DNA of 64,000 nt from an uncultured Smithella sp. (GTDB taxonomy: Bacteria > Desulfobacterota > Syntrophia > Syntrophales > Smithellaceae). The notes beneath the pieces were generated by a model. It was not told where the DNA came from and made no database searches. It worked only from the letters and a program-made list of their open reading frames with translations. Made by a program: the position numbers and the translations under genes. The DNA lies in contig CAZIJZ010000001.1 of assembly GCA_964539765.1 (NCBI GenBank), positions 52,248 to 116,247 of the forward strand, written 5' to 3'. Of the stretch, positions 46,371 to 59,953 are shown in pieces (the stretch's first letter is position 1; each line of letters opens with the position of its first letter).

Positions 46371-47582
46371 ATGCTTGCAAACAAAAAAATTGTTCTGGGG
46401 ATCACCGGGGGCATAGCCGCTTATAAGGCGGCAGAGTTGACACGCGCTCTGGTTAAGGAAGGCGCTAAGGTCAAGGTCATTATGACCAAGAGCGCGATGG
46501 AATTTATCACGCCGTTGACCATGCAGACGCTTTCACAAAACCGGGTCTATACCGACATGTTTGTTCCGACGGAAGAGTACGACATGGCTCACATTGCTCT
46601 GGCTGAGTTTGCTGATGCTTTTGTCATTGCACCCGCTACCGCAAATATCATCGGGAAAATAGCTTCCGGAATCGCGGATGATTTGCTTTCCACCACGATT
46701 ATGGCCCAAAGCAAGCCCACACTCATTTGTCCGGCCATGAACGATAAAATGCTGCAGAATCCTCTTGTGCAGGAGAATATCGGCAAACTGAAGAAAAACG
46801 GTTATATTGTCATGGAAAGCGGGGAAGGCGAACTGGCCTGCAAAACGACGGGGAAAGGTCGTTTACCGGAGGTACCGGAGATTCTAGAAGAAATAACACG
46901 GCTTCTCGTTCCCAAAGATTTTGAAGGCGTGAAAATTCTCATTACTGCCGGTCCCACCGAGGAACCGCTTGATCCGGTGCGTTTTATCACAAACTTGTCA
47001 TCCGGTAAAATGGGGTATTCGCTGGCTTCCGCAGCGCATCGGCGCGGAGCAAAAGTTACTTTAATCAGCGGACCGACGTCGATACCGGTCCCGCCGGTGG
47101 AAAAAATTATTTCAGTGCGCACGGCCCGGGAAATGCACAAAGCCGTGTTGCAAAATTTTAAAAATGCCAAAATCATTATTAAGGCTGCGGCTGTTGCTGA
47201 TTATCGTCCGAAAACAACAGCGGAGGAAAAAATAAAAAAGAGCGGAAAAAACATTTCTCTGGAACTGGAAAGAAATCCGGACATCATCGCGGAAATAGGG
47301 AAGAACAAGGGAAATCGAATCCTCGTCGGTTTTGCCATGGAAACGCAAAACCTGTTCATCAACGCCCGTGAAAAACTGATCAACAAAAATATGGACCTGA
47401 TCGTTGCCAATAATCTGCGGCAGGAGGGAGCCGGCTTTCGCACGGAGACCAACATAATAACCATAATCGACCGCTCAGGTAAAAGTGAATCATTGGGCAA
47501 AATGACCAAGATTGATGCGGCCGGTGCAATTCTGGACAATGTGAAAAAAATAATGTCCGGAAAGGGACGCGTCAAAAAATAA
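46371..47582 (+). CDS. coaBC: Bifunctional phosphopantothenoylcysteine decarboxylase / synthetase
   Basis: ITGGIAAYKA flavoprotein N-terminus and the CoaB domain (ITAGPTEEPLDPVRFITNLSSGKMG). The track start is TTG 46353. Confidence 0.9.
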   Translation: MLANKKIVLGITGGIAAYKAAELTRALVKEGAKVKVIMTKSAMEFITPLTMQTLSQNRVYTDMFVPTEEYDMAHIALAEFADAFVIAPATANIIGKIASGIADDLLSTTIMAQSKPTLICPAMNDKMLQNPLVQENIGKLKKNGYIVMESGEGELACKTTGKGRLPEVPEILEEITRLLVPKDFEGVKILITAGPTEEPLDPVRFITNLSSGKMGYSLASAAHRRGAKVTLISGPTSIPVPPVEKIISVRTAREMHKAVLQNFKNAKIIIKAAAVADYRPKTTAEEKIKKSGKNISLELERNPDIIAEIGKNKGNRILVGFAMETQNLFINAREKLINKNMDLIVANNLRQEGAGFRTETNIITIIDRSGKSESLGKMTKIDAAGAILDNVKKIMSGKGRVKK

Positions 47583-47601
47583 AAGGTGTTAATTTTCAGC
47601 A

Positions 47602-48303
47602 ATGACAAAAAATGAATTGCAAACCGAATTACTCCATGCAGTCAGGGCGTTGAAGGGGCAGGTGGTCCACAAAGACAGTCTGGCTGTCGGAATCAACTGG
47701 AACAGATCGCAAAAGACGGTTGTCTGCGGGATTCAAACCGTTCAGACGAAAGAGGAACTATTGGAGGCCGTTCGATGCGGGATGGGTGATTGTCAGCTTT
47801 GTTCTCTCGGGAAAACAAAAAAAAATCTTGTCTTCGGCGTCGGCAATCCGGAGGCGCGGATCGTCTTTGTCGGAGAAGCACCGGGCGCCGATGAAGATGC
47901 GCAGGGACTTCCGTTTGTCGGCCGCGCCGGTCAGCTTTTGACCGACATCATCGTCAAAGGGATGAAAATTCAGAGAAAAGATGTCTATATTTGCAACATT
48001 TTGAAATGTCGTCCGCCGGGAAACCGGAATCCCCAACCGGATGAAATTGAAAAATGCGAACCGTTCCTGAAAAAGCAGCTGGGGATTATATCTCCGGAGA
48101 TTATCTGTGCTTTGGGAACTTTTGCCGCAAAAACTCTCTTAAAAACAGACATTCCCATTTCAGCGTTGCGGGGACGTTTTCATTTGTACGAAGGCATAAA
48201 ATTAATGCCCACATATCATCCGGCGTATCTTCTGCGCAATCCTTCGGCTAAAAAACAGGTCTGGGACGATGTGCAGATGATCATGAAAGAAGTCGGAATA
48301 TAA
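47602..48303 (+). CDS. Uracil-DNA glycosylase, family 4
   Basis: 233 aa. [20 protein letters not shown] and YHPAYLLR motifs, with a Cys cluster. Confidence 0.85.
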   Translation: MTKNELQTELLHAVRALKGQVVHKDSLAVGINWNRSQKTVVCGIQTVQTKEELLEAVRCGMGDCQLCSLGKTKKNLVFGVGNPEARIVFVGEAPGADEDAQGLPFVGRAGQLLTDIIVKGMKIQRKDVYICNILKCRPPGNRNPQPDEIEKCEPFLKKQLGIISPEIICALGTFAAKTLLKTDIPISALRGRFHLYEGIKLMPTYHPAYLLRNPSAKKQVWDDVQMIMKEVGI

Positions 48304-48335
48304 TTCTTATCACAAAGCAAAGCAGAGGTGAACCA

Positions 48336-49640
48336 ATGTTTAAGAAAATTAAATACGCTTTGATTGCCGTTTTTGTATTGGCCGGTGTGTTTGCCGGAGC
48401 CCAGGAGAAAAATCCTGTTTTTAATGTCATAACAGTCGATGGCGTTATCACATCGCCGACTGCGAAATATATTGCCGCAGGCATTGAGGAAGCGAAAAAA
48501 GAAAACGCCCAGGGTTTGATCATATTGCTTGATACTCCGGGAGGAATGGATACCGCGATGCGCGATATTGCCAAAAGTATTCTCAATGCCCCGCTGCCGG
48601 TAATCGTTTATGTATCGCCATCGGGAGCCCGAGCCGCTTCTGCAGGAGTCATTATTACTGAAGCCGCTCATATAGCAGCCATGGCTCCGGGCACGAATAT
48701 CGGCGCGGCTCATCCTGTCGCAATCGGTCTTGGTAGTTCCGCGGGAGATAAAGATAAAACCATGACGGAAAAAATTGAAAATGACGCCGCTGCCTATGCC
48801 CGCAGCATTGCTAAAACCCGGGGGCGTTCGGAAGAGTGGGTGGAAAAAGCAGTGCGCAAGAGCGAATCCATCACGGCCGAAGAAGCTTTAAAATTGAGGG
48901 TTATTGATTATGTCGCGACAGATGTTGAGAAGCTGTTGGCAGCCATCGATCAGAAAGAAGTAACGCTGATTAGCGGCAAAAAGATTCTATCGACTAAAAA
49001 CGCCGTCATTCAAGATAAAAAGATGGGAACCCGTCAGGGCATTCTTTCCGCCATTTCCGATCCGAATATTTCCTATATTCTGTTGCTGGTCGGACTGGCA
49101 GGGCTTTATTTCGAGCTTTCCACTCCGGGAGCCATTTTGCCGGGCGTGATCGGCGGCATATCCCTTTTGTTAGCGTTTTTCGGTCTATCCACGTTGCCGG
49201 TAAATTATGCGGGGATTTTATTGATCATTTTCGGAGTTATATTATTTATTGCGGAGATTAAAGTCATGAGCCATGGTATGCTGACGGTCGGAGGAATCAT
49301 TTCATTAATTATGGGATCGTTGTTATTATTTGATACGACGGAACCAGCTTTGCGTCTTTCCTTTCAAGTTTTGATACCGGCCGTTGCGGTTGCCTCCGGT
49401 TTCTTTATTGTGATTATCATTTTGGCGGTAAAGGCACAGCTGAGAAAGAACTTTACCGGATCGGAGGCGATGGTTGACACGGAAGCGGAAGTCGTAAAGG
49501 ACATTGATATGGAGGGTGAAGTGTTTATCATGGGCGAATACTGGAAAGCAAAAAGTGATAAACCCGTTCAAAAAGGTTCCAAAGTAAAAGTTATCAGGGT
49601 AGAAGGGCTTAAATTAATCGTCGAAGAAATAAAAAAATAA
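48336..49640 (+). CDS. NfeD-family membrane-bound serine protease (ClpP-class)
   Basis: 434 aa. Signal peptide, ClpP-like domain, four to five TM helices, and a C-terminal NfeD OB domain. Confidence 0.8.
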   Translation: MFKKIKYALIAVFVLAGVFAGAQEKNPVFNVITVDGVITSPTAKYIAAGIEEAKKENAQGLIILLDTPGGMDTAMRDIAKSILNAPLPVIVYVSPSGARAASAGVIITEAAHIAAMAPGTNIGAAHPVAIGLGSSAGDKDKTMTEKIENDAAAYARSIAKTRGRSEEWVEKAVRKSESITAEEALKLRVIDYVATDVEKLLAAIDQKEVTLISGKKILSTKNAVIQDKKMGTRQGILSAISDPNISYILLLVGLAGLYFELSTPGAILPGVIGGISLLLAFFGLSTLPVNYAGILLIIFGVILFIAEIKVMSHGMLTVGGIISLIMGSLLLFDTTEPALRLSFQVLIPAVAVASGFFIVIIILAVKAQLRKNFTGSEAMVDTEAEVVKDIDMEGEVFIMGEYWKAKSDKPVQKGSKVKVIRVEGLKLIVEEIKK

Positions 49641-49673
49641 AAATAATATTTAATCTAAAAGGAGGAAATTACC

Positions 49674-50435
49674 ATGGTGGGAACTTTATCAATGCCGGTG
49701 TTGGTTATTGTTGTGCTGGTGGTCATGTTTCTGGCATCAGCAATCAAAATATTAAGTGAATACGAGAGGGCGGTTATCTTTCGTTTAGGACGTATCAGAG
49801 AAGCCAAGGGACCGGGACTGATTATCATCATTCCCGGAATCGATCGGATGGTTCGGGTTGACATGAGGACGATCACCATGGATGTTCCGCCTCAGGATGT
49901 AATCACCAAAGACAATGTGTCCATCAAGGTCAGCGCGGTTGTTTATTTCCGCGTCATGGATGCCAATTCCGCCGTAACCAACGTGGAAAACTATCTGTAT
50001 GCCACATCACAGCTTGCGCAGACCACGCTAAGAAGTGTTTGCGGTCAGATGGAACTGGATGAAATTCTTTCCGAACGCGAAAAAATTAATATGCATCTTC
50101 AGGAAATTCTTGATCGCAGCACTGAACCCTGGGGCATTAAAATATCACTGGTAGAAGTTAAGCACATTGACCTGCCCGAAGAAATGAAGCGCTCCATGGC
50201 CAAGCAGGCCGAAGCGGAAAGAGAAAGAAGGGCCAAAGTCATCAATGCCGAGGGTGAATTCCAGGCGGCGCAGAAATTGATTGAAGCGGCCGCGTTGATG
50301 GAAACCCAGCCAATGTCCTTACAGCTTCGCTATTTGCAGACATTGAATCAGATAGCTTCGGAAAATAATTCCACGACGGTATTCCCGATTCCGATTGATT
50401 TGTTTAAACCATTTTTAAAGTTAAGTGAAAAATAA
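49674..50435 (+). CDS. SPFH/stomatin-family protein
   Basis: 253 aa. [12 protein letters not shown]...TKDNV...V.FRV is typical. It forms the usual NfeD-SPFH pair. Confidence 0.85.
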   Translation: MVGTLSMPVLVIVVLVVMFLASAIKILSEYERAVIFRLGRIREAKGPGLIIIIPGIDRMVRVDMRTITMDVPPQDVITKDNVSIKVSAVVYFRVMDANSAVTNVENYLYATSQLAQTTLRSVCGQMELDEILSEREKINMHLQEILDRSTEPWGIKISLVEVKHIDLPEEMKRSMAKQAEAERERRAKVINAEGEFQAAQKLIEAAALMETQPMSLQLRYLQTLNQIASENNSTTVFPIPIDLFKPFLKLSEK

Positions 50436-50480
50436 ATAATATAATCATAAGAAGAAATAAAAAGAAGAGGAGAATAGTTC

Positions 50481-50789
50481 ATGATCGATAAGAAGCAGAA
50501 TGTGTTAACCGGTGGCGTTGTTTTAATTACTCTCGGGGTTTTGATCTTTCTGAGCAAATCGGGCAGCTATCCTTTCGGTCAGACATGGCCTGTATTGCTG
50601 ATTGCTATCGGCGTATGCACTTTGATTCAGAAATTCAGAGATTTCGGCGGATGGTTCATCACGCTGGCTGGCGTGGGATTTCTCTTTTATGAAATGTACG
50701 GATTCGATGTTTCCCGGTATTCTCAATATATACTGCCTGCTGTGCTGATTTTACTGGGTGCATTTGTCTTATTAAGAAAAAAGAAGTAA
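50481..50789 (+). CDS. Small integral membrane protein (4 TM; LiaF-N/DUF5668-like)
   Basis: 102 aa, almost entirely hydrophobic helices, with a basic C-terminus. Confidence 0.5.
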   Translation: MIDKKQNVLTGGVVLITLGVLIFLSKSGSYPFGQTWPVLLIAIGVCTLIQKFRDFGGWFITLAGVGFLFYEMYGFDVSRYSQYILPAVLILLGAFVLLRKKK

Positions 50790-50817
50790 TAATCAATAAA
50801 AAACGGATCATACTCAA

Positions 50818-52005
50818 ATGGCCATTGCTAAAAAAATTAAATCATCGATTTCGAATTCTTCGATGATTAGAAAGATGTTTGAAGAAGGCGCCGTGATGAA
50901 AAAAAAATACGGCGCCGATAAAGTCTTTGATTTCAGTCTGGGCAATCCCAATGTGGAACCGCCGAAGGCCTTCAAGAGGGAATTGATTCATTTTGCCTCG
51001 ACGCAAATTCCTTTAAAGCACGGCTACGCGCCGAATGCCGGTTTTGCCGAGACAAGGCAGGCTATCGCCAAGCAGGTCAGTAAAACCTGCGATCTGAATT
51101 TAAGCGCCGACCATATCATCATGTCCTGCGGAGCGGCCGGTGCGTTGAATGTCATTTTCAAATCATTACTTGATCCTGACGATGAAGTCATCGTTCCCAT
51201 GCCTTACTTTGTCGAATATCCCTTTTACATCGACAACTACGGGGGCGTAACAAAATTCGTCAGAACCAGAAAAGATTTCTCGCTGGATATCGAAGCGATC
51301 TCAATGACCATCAACAAAAAGACAAAAGCGGTGTTAATCAATTCACCGAATAACCCGACCGGAAAGGTTTACAGTTCGAAAAACATTCAGGCGCTTGCCG
51401 CCCTTTTAAAGAAAAAGGGCAAAACGTTTCATAAAACCATTTACCTGGTTTCCGACGAACCCTACAATGAAATCGTTTACGACCGGGTAATAGTCCCCAG
51501 CGTGCTGAAATCCTACACGAACAGTATCGTTGCCTGTTCCTATTCCAAGACGCTTTCTCTGCCGGGGGAAAGAATCGGCTACATTGCCGTCAATCCGGAA
51601 ATTGACGATTGCCGGGATTTAATCAGTGCGCTGATTTTGTGCACCCGGATTCTGGGATTTGTTCATGCGCCGGCATTGATGCAGAGAATTATCATGAAAC
51701 TGCAAAATGCAGCAGTGGATGTGAAAGTGTATCAGAAAAAGCGCGATCTGCTGTGCAAAGGGTTGTCCAAAGCCGGTTATAAATTTGCCAAACCGCAAGG
51801 GGCCTTTTATCTTTTTGTCAAAAGCCCGCTACCGGATGATGTTGCATTCACTAAAATTCTTTTGCAGAAAAATATCCTGGTTGTTCCGGGAAGCGGTTTT
51901 GGCGCTGCCGGATATTTCAGGATCGCCTATTGCGTTGATGACAAAACAATCGTTAATTCCATGAGGGGATTTGCAGAAGCGATCAGGGAATGCCGGTATT
52001 TGTGA
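50818..52005 (+). CDS. Class I/II pyridoxal-phosphate aminotransferase (aspartate aminotransferase-like)
   Basis: 395 aa. NSPNNPTG and SYSKTLSLPGERIGY (PLP lysine) motifs. Confidence 0.85.
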   Translation: MAIAKKIKSSISNSSMIRKMFEEGAVMKKKYGADKVFDFSLGNPNVEPPKAFKRELIHFASTQIPLKHGYAPNAGFAETRQAIAKQVSKTCDLNLSADHIIMSCGAAGALNVIFKSLLDPDDEVIVPMPYFVEYPFYIDNYGGVTKFVRTRKDFSLDIEAISMTINKKTKAVLINSPNNPTGKVYSSKNIQALAALLKKKGKTFHKTIYLVSDEPYNEIVYDRVIVPSVLKSYTNSIVACSYSKTLSLPGERIGYIAVNPEIDDCRDLISALILCTRILGFVHAPALMQRIIMKLQNAAVDVKVYQKKRDLLCKGLSKAGYKFAKPQGAFYLFVKSPLPDDVAFTKILLQKNILVVPGSGFGAAGYFRIAYCVDDKTIVNSMRGFAEAIRECRYL

Positions 52006-52144
52006 ATTTGTGCATTCTGTAGTGGACTGAAGTTTCCTTGCCACGTGCAATGATATTTAACGCTTGCTCGAAAGATAAAAAAGTATTATAAATTAAATAA
52101 TTATTTCTTAAATTTAAACCCTTTTATAAATTCGTCTGAAATTT

Positions 52145-55100
52145 ATGGAGAAATTTGCCAATTATATCCTGAATGAAAAGATACACGAAACCAGAAATTC
52201 TGTCATTTTCCGCGGAAATAAAGAGACAGAAGATCTGCCATTGATTATTAAACTTCTCAAAACTACTAATCCGACGTCTTCAGAAGTTGCACGTTTCAAA
52301 CAGGAATATAATCTTGTCCGAAATCTCAATATAGATAACATCATTAAAATATTCGATCTGGTGGAATATGATAGCCAATACGCCATTATCGAAGAAGATT
52401 TCGGCGGCGTTTCGCTGAAGGATTTGTTGACGAGAAAAGAACTCGACTTAAAATCATTATTGAGGGTTTCATCAAAAGTATCCGAGACCCTGGGATTAAT
52501 TCACAAGAACAATATTGTTCATCTGGATATCAAACCTGATAATATTTTAATTAATCCGGAAAAGGGTGAAGTCAAGATCGCGGACTTCGGCATTTCCGCC
52601 GTATTGACTCACGCCAATGACGAACTGTACAACCCGGATGTTATCGAGGGAACGCTGTCCTACATGTCGCCGGAACAAACAGGCAGGATGAACAGGGGTG
52701 TGGATTATCGAACGGACATCTATTCACTGGGCGCGACGCTTTATGAAATGCTGACCGGCGAGGTTCCTTTCAAATCAAAAGATCCCATGGAACTCATCCA
52801 TTCCCATATCGCGAGACAGCCTTTATCACCGGATACTCTGAATCCTTCTATTCCGCCGGTGTTGTCCGCTATCATTTTAAAGATGTTATCTAAAAATCCT
52901 GAGGAAAGATATCAGAACTGTCTGGGACTTATGGCAGATATTGATGAGTGTCTGAATCAGCTGGATCAAAAGGGAAGAGTCGACGACTTTCCAATTGCCA
53001 AAAAGGATATTTCCATCCGCTTTAATATTCCACGTACCCTGGTGGATCGTGATAATGAACGGATTGAATTGATGAGATGCTTTGAGAGGACCTGCAAAGG
53101 CTTGAGCGAGATGATGCTGGTAACCGGCCAACCGGGAATAGGCAAATCAGCGCTGGTCAATGAAATTTACAAGCCGATCATTGCCAAGAAGGGATATTTT
53201 ATTTTTGGCAAATATGACCAGTTCCGCAAGGATGTTCCTTACAGCGCGATCATTCAGTCTTTTCAGGGACTCATCCGGCAGATCATCTCTGAAAGCGAGG
53301 AAAAAATTCAGGTCTGGAGGGAAAAACTTATTTCCGCTCTGGGTTACAACGGCAAGGTCATCACGGATGTCATTCCGGAACTGGAGATGATTATTCAGAA
53401 GCAGCCCGAATTGCCCGCGCTGGGTCCGGAAGAATCGATGAACCGGTTCAATCTGGTCTTTCAGAAATTTATCAATGTTTTCACAACGGAAGAACACCCC
53501 CTGGCTCTTTTTCTGGACGATCTCCAGTGGGCGGATCAGGCCAGTTTAAAACTACTGGAAAACCTGATGACCACATATGAAACAAGCTACCTGTTTTTAA
53601 TCGGAGCTTACCGCGATAATGAAACGAACGATGCCCATCCGCTGACGCTCTCGCTGGATAAAATCCGCAACAAAGGCAGAAAAATAAACAGCATTACCCT
53701 GGGGCCTCTGAACGTGAACAGCATCAGCATGATCATTATGAATGTGCTGTTGTGCGACTCTGAAAAATCAATGCCGCTGGCCGAACTCATCAACAAGAAA
53801 ACAGCCGGTAATCCCTTCTTTGTCATCCAGTTTTTGAAAAACGTTTACGATAATCACCTGCTTAAACTAAATCCTGCAACGGGCTGGGAATGGGACATCG
53901 ACAAAATACGCCAGATGGAGGTGACCGAAAACGTTATTGAGTTCATGGCGGAAAAAATATCGCATTTCCCGAAGAATACCCGGGAAATATTAAAAATCTG
54001 CGCCTGCATCGGCAATAGATTTGATCTGGAGCTATTGTCGGTTGTTTCCGGAAAATCCATAGAAGAAACACTGTCTGATCTGACTTCAGCAATCCAGGAA
54101 GATATGATCAGTCTTCACGGGAATATGTATAAATTCATGCATGACCGAATTCAGGAAGCGGCCTATTCCATGATTCCCGAGGCGGAAAAAGAAGCCATGC
54201 ATTATCGCATCGGCAGTAATGTTCTTAAAAAAACCGGAGAAAAAAATCTTCATGACAAAATATTTTATATTGTCGACCAGCTCAACAGAGGAATTAAACT
54301 GGTCAGTGGAACAGATGAAGAAATTATGCTGGCCAGGCTTAATCTGCGGGCTGCGCAGAAATCGAAAAAATCCACGGCATACGCCTCCGCTGCATTTTAT
54401 TTAAGAACGGCGATAATGCTCCTGCCCGAATATTCCTGGAAAAGTCATTACGATCTTACCTATGCCATACACAGAGAAGCCATTGAGTGCGAATATCTTA
54501 ACCTCAACTTCAGCGAGGCCGAAAAAATATTTGGTGTTGTGGTTAAAAATGTCAAATCGAATATTGACAAAGCCAACGTTCATACATTGATGGTCATTTT
54601 ATATACCACCCAGGGAAACTATGACGCAGCGTTGCGAGTCGGCATCGAAGGAATGAAAATGCTCGGCATTGATCTGCCGGAAAAAGTCAGCGATGCCAGA
54701 GTGGGCTTGGAACTGCTGAAACTCAGATTAACGTTCGGCCGTCGGAAAATAGAAGATTTGATTGATTTGCAATACCTCTCCATGCCCAATACTTTGGATG
54801 AAGCAAAGCAGATGGCTGCCGAATATCTGAAAATGCATCCCGGGAAATCATTAGAGTCTCCGGAAATCCTCTTGTGGGAGATGCTTTCTTACGCGTATCT
54901 GGCCATTCATACTGGGACCGTGGCCTTTTACTCCAATCCTAACCTGTTTGCTTTTATCGCCATTAACGGTGTGTGCCGGCTACTGGACTATGAGATTAAT
55001 TTCGAATATTCGCCGTTTGCCTATATCGCCCTGGGGTCTATTGTGGGATCATCGCTGGGCTTTTATCAGCACGGCTACAGACTTGGGTTAGCGGCTCTAA

Positions 55101-57193
55101 AAACCAACGAAAAGATTGCCGATACGAAGAACCGCTGCCGGATAGAATTTGCCTTCCCGATGTTTATCCAGCACTGGAAGAAGCACGCCCGCAAAGACCT
55201 TGATTATTTCAGAAAAGCTTATAAAAACGGCATTGAAAACGGCGATCTCATTTTCAGCGGTCACAACATTAATCTGATCGGCATGACCCGTATCATGCTG
55301 GGTGATAATCTTGACGATATTCTGGAAGAATACGGCAAGTACAAGGACTTTCAGCTTGGCGGCAAGGATCCTTTTATCGCGCGCAACTACATGGAAAATA
55401 CGCGCATGTGCCTGTGTCTGAAAGGCCTGACCGAAAGCAGAGCCAGTTTAAACGGCGACGGTTTTGATACGGAGGAACAGGTCAATTATTATCAGGCTGA
55501 GAATAACATGCTGGGCACTTTCTACTTCTCTCTGATCCGGCTGAGAATACATTATCTCTTCGGTGAATATGCGAAGTGCAGGGATCTTGTTCCCGACATG
55601 CAAAGAATTGTTCAAAAGAAAACTGCCCTGGGTAATCTCCACATACCCGAATTCTATTTGTATTATTCATTGACCATGACGGCGTTATATCCCGAGGCCG
55701 ATCCGATGGAAAAGGCAAGATATTTAATAGCCCTCCGCGCCAATCAGGTGAAGATGCTTCTGTGGGCAAAAGCCTGTCCCGAAAATTTCCAGCATAAATA
55801 TGATCTGGTGGCGGCGGAAATGATGAGAAACAAAGGACGCTTCCGTGAAGCGCAGCAGCTCTATCATCAGGCGATCGCAGGCGCCAGGGAAAATGCATAC
55901 AAGCAGGTAGAAGCGATTGCCTGCGAACGTCTCGCACTGTTGTATCTCGATTATTCCTGCCGGGATGAAGCAGAATTTTTTATACAGAAAGCGCATCAAT
56001 GCTATTTATCCTGGGGAGCTTCGGAGAAAGCCAGAGAACTGGAGGAAAAATACCCGTCGCTCGTGCCCATGGAACAAAAGCAACTGGGCACAGGGACCAT
56101 CACGGTGAGCGGTCCTTCCGGCTCGATGACTATCAGCGGCGCAACGGAAACCACCAGCAGCACAAAAATGCTTGATCTGTCCACAGCGATGAGAGTTTCC
56201 CAGATCATCGCCAGTGAAATCATGCTGGACCGTCTTTTGCAGAAAATCATGCATGAATCCATAACCAATGCCGGAGCGCAGCGCGGTTACTTGATTCTGG
56301 AATCCGACGGCGAACTTATCATTGAAGCCAGTGAAGATACGGACAAAGGAGAGATCCTGGTGATGCAATCTCTGCCTCTGAAAGATTGCCCGGATATCTG
56401 CCGTTCCATCGTCAATTACGTTTATCACAGCGGAGAAGATATTGTTCTGGGAAATGCCGTGAAAGAAGGTCTTTTCACCAGCGATCCTTACATTATGCGG
56501 GTTCGCTGCAAATCCATCCTGTGCACACCGATCATGAGCAAGGGAAAAATATCCGGCATTCTTTACATGGAGAACAATCTCAGTGAAAATGCTTTTACGC
56601 CGGAGCGTCTGGAAATTCTCCGAAGTTTTTCCGTACAGGCGGCCATATCGATTGAAAACGCCAGACTCTTTGAACTGGCCACAACCGACGGAATGACCAA
56701 GTTGTATGTCCATCGTTATTTCCAGCTTCTGCTCGATCAAGAAATAAAACGCTCGCGCCGTCAAAACAGAAAGTTTTCACTCGTGATGATGGATATTGAT
56801 AATTTCAAGTCTTTTAATGATAATTACGGACATCAACTGGGTGACCGAGTGTTGAAAGACGTTGCCGCGGCGGCGAGGAAAACATCGCGTTCGGAGGATA
56901 TCGCTGCCCGTTACGGCGGCGAAGAGTTTGTCATCATTCTGCCGGAAACCGATTCAAAACAGGCCATGATTTTAGCCGAGAGAATACGAGTCAGCGTTGC
57001 AGAAATAGAAATACCTTATGAAAATCAAAAACTGCACGTCACAATCAGCCTGGGTGTTTCCACGTATCCCGATCATTCCGAACTTAAGGAAGAGCTGATT
57101 CGCGCCGCGGATTCCGCGCTCTATGCTTCAAAACACAGGGGCAAAAACTGTGTCAGTTTGTTCGAGAAGAAAAACGCGATTAATCTTCAATAA
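52145..57193 (+). CDS. Multidomain signalling protein: Ser/Thr kinase / AAA_16 (STAND-type) P-loop / helical-repeat region / GAF / GGDEF diguanylate cyclase
   Basis: 1682 aa. Kinase motifs are HLDIKPDN, DFG and SPEQ. Walker A GQPGIGKS is at 53126-53149 and Walker B LFLDD at about 53507-53521. The GAF region is about 56220-56670. GGEEF is at 56915-56929, with I-site RSED at 56888-56899. Confidence 0.85.
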   Translation: MEKFANYILNEKIHETRNSVIFRGNKETEDLPLIIKLLKTTNPTSSEVARFKQEYNLVRNLNIDNIIKIFDLVEYDSQYAIIEEDFGGVSLKDLLTRKELDLKSLLRVSSKVSETLGLIHKNNIVHLDIKPDNILINPEKGEVKIADFGISAVLTHANDELYNPDVIEGTLSYMSPEQTGRMNRGVDYRTDIYSLGATLYEMLTGEVPFKSKDPMELIHSHIARQPLSPDTLNPSIPPVLSAIILKMLSKNPEERYQNCLGLMADIDECLNQLDQKGRVDDFPIAKKDISIRFNIPRTLVDRDNERIELMRCFERTCKGLSEMMLVTGQPGIGKSALVNEIYKPIIAKKGYFIFGKYDQFRKDVPYSAIIQSFQGLIRQIISESEEKIQVWREKLISALGYNGKVITDVIPELEMIIQKQPELPALGPEESMNRFNLVFQKFINVFTTEEHPLALFLDDLQWADQASLKLLENLMTTYETSYLFLIGAYRDNETNDAHPLTLSLDKIRNKGRKINSITLGPLNVNSISMIIMNVLLCDSEKSMPLAELINKKTAGNPFFVIQFLKNVYDNHLLKLNPATGWEWDIDKIRQMEVTENVIEFMAEKISHFPKNTREILKICACIGNRFDLELLSVVSGKSIEETLSDLTSAIQEDMISLHGNMYKFMHDRIQEAAYSMIPEAEKEAMHYRIGSNVLKKTGEKNLHDKIFYIVDQLNRGIKLVSGTDEEIMLARLNLRAAQKSKKSTAYASAAFYLRTAIMLLPEYSWKSHYDLTYAIHREAIECEYLNLNFSEAEKIFGVVVKNVKSNIDKANVHTLMVILYTTQGNYDAALRVGIEGMKMLGIDLPEKVSDARVGLELLKLRLTFGRRKIEDLIDLQYLSMPNTLDEAKQMAAEYLKMHPGKSLESPEILLWEMLSYAYLAIHTGTVAFYSNPNLFAFIAINGVCRLLDYEINFEYSPFAYIALGSIVGSSLGFYQHGYRLGLAALKTNEKIADTKNRCRIEFAFPMFIQHWKKHARKDLDYFRKAYKNGIENGDLIFSGHNINLIGMTRIMLGDNLDDILEEYGKYKDFQLGGKDPFIARNYMENTRMCLCLKGLTESRASLNGDGFDTEEQVNYYQAENNMLGTFYFSLIRLRIHYLFGEYAKCRDLVPDMQRIVQKKTALGNLHIPEFYLYYSLTMTALYPEADPMEKARYLIALRANQVKMLLWAKACPENFQHKYDLVAAEMMRNKGRFREAQQLYHQAIAGARENAYKQVEAIACERLALLYLDYSCRDEAEFFIQKAHQCYLSWGASEKARELEEKYPSLVPMEQKQLGTGTITVSGPSGSMTISGATETTSSTKMLDLSTAMRVSQIIASEIMLDRLLQKIMHESITNAGAQRGYLILESDGELIIEASEDTDKGEILVMQSLPLKDCPDICRSIVNYVYHSGEDIVLGNAVKEGLFTSDPYIMRVRCKSILCTPIMSKGKISGILYMENNLSENAFTPERLEILRSFSVQAAISIENARLFELATTDGMTKLYVHRYFQLLLDQEIKRSRRQNRKFSLVMMDIDNFKSFNDNYGHQLGDRVLKDVAAAARKTSRSEDIAARYGGEEFVIILPETDSKQAMILAERIRVSVAEIEIPYENQKLHVTISLGVSTYPDHSELKEELIRAADSALYASKHRGKNCVSLFEKKNAINLQ

Positions 57194-57297
57194 TCAAACG
57201 CGGATTTCAGGTAATACGGTGTCATCCATCCGTGCGTCAGGATTGCTTTAATCGATTTTGAGCAATGCGCCAAGAAAAGCCTCTTTGAAAATATTTT

Positions 57298-59899
<2,602 letters not shown>

Positions 59900-59953
59900 T
59901 TTAAAGCTTGTATTTTTTGACTCTTACAGCTAATAAGTCAATAAATCATTTGT

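Noticed and set aside
56006-56764. A 252-aa antisense ORF inside the kinase/GGDEF gene. Similar long antisense ORFs occur at 36973-37611, 20161-20826, 12366-12971 and 60627-61112.
   Set aside because: Each is fully embedded opposite a well-supported conserved gene. They have low-complexity, Arg/Phe/Gly-rich translations, no RBS and no recognisable motifs. These are the typical shadow ORFs of codon-biased genes.
57194-57297. Imperfect inverted repeat (ATTGCT...AGCAAT) between the convergent kinase and acyP genes, considered as a terminator or regulatory RNA.
   Set aside because: The stem is only 6 bp, AT-rich, and has no adjacent T-run. This is too weak to call.
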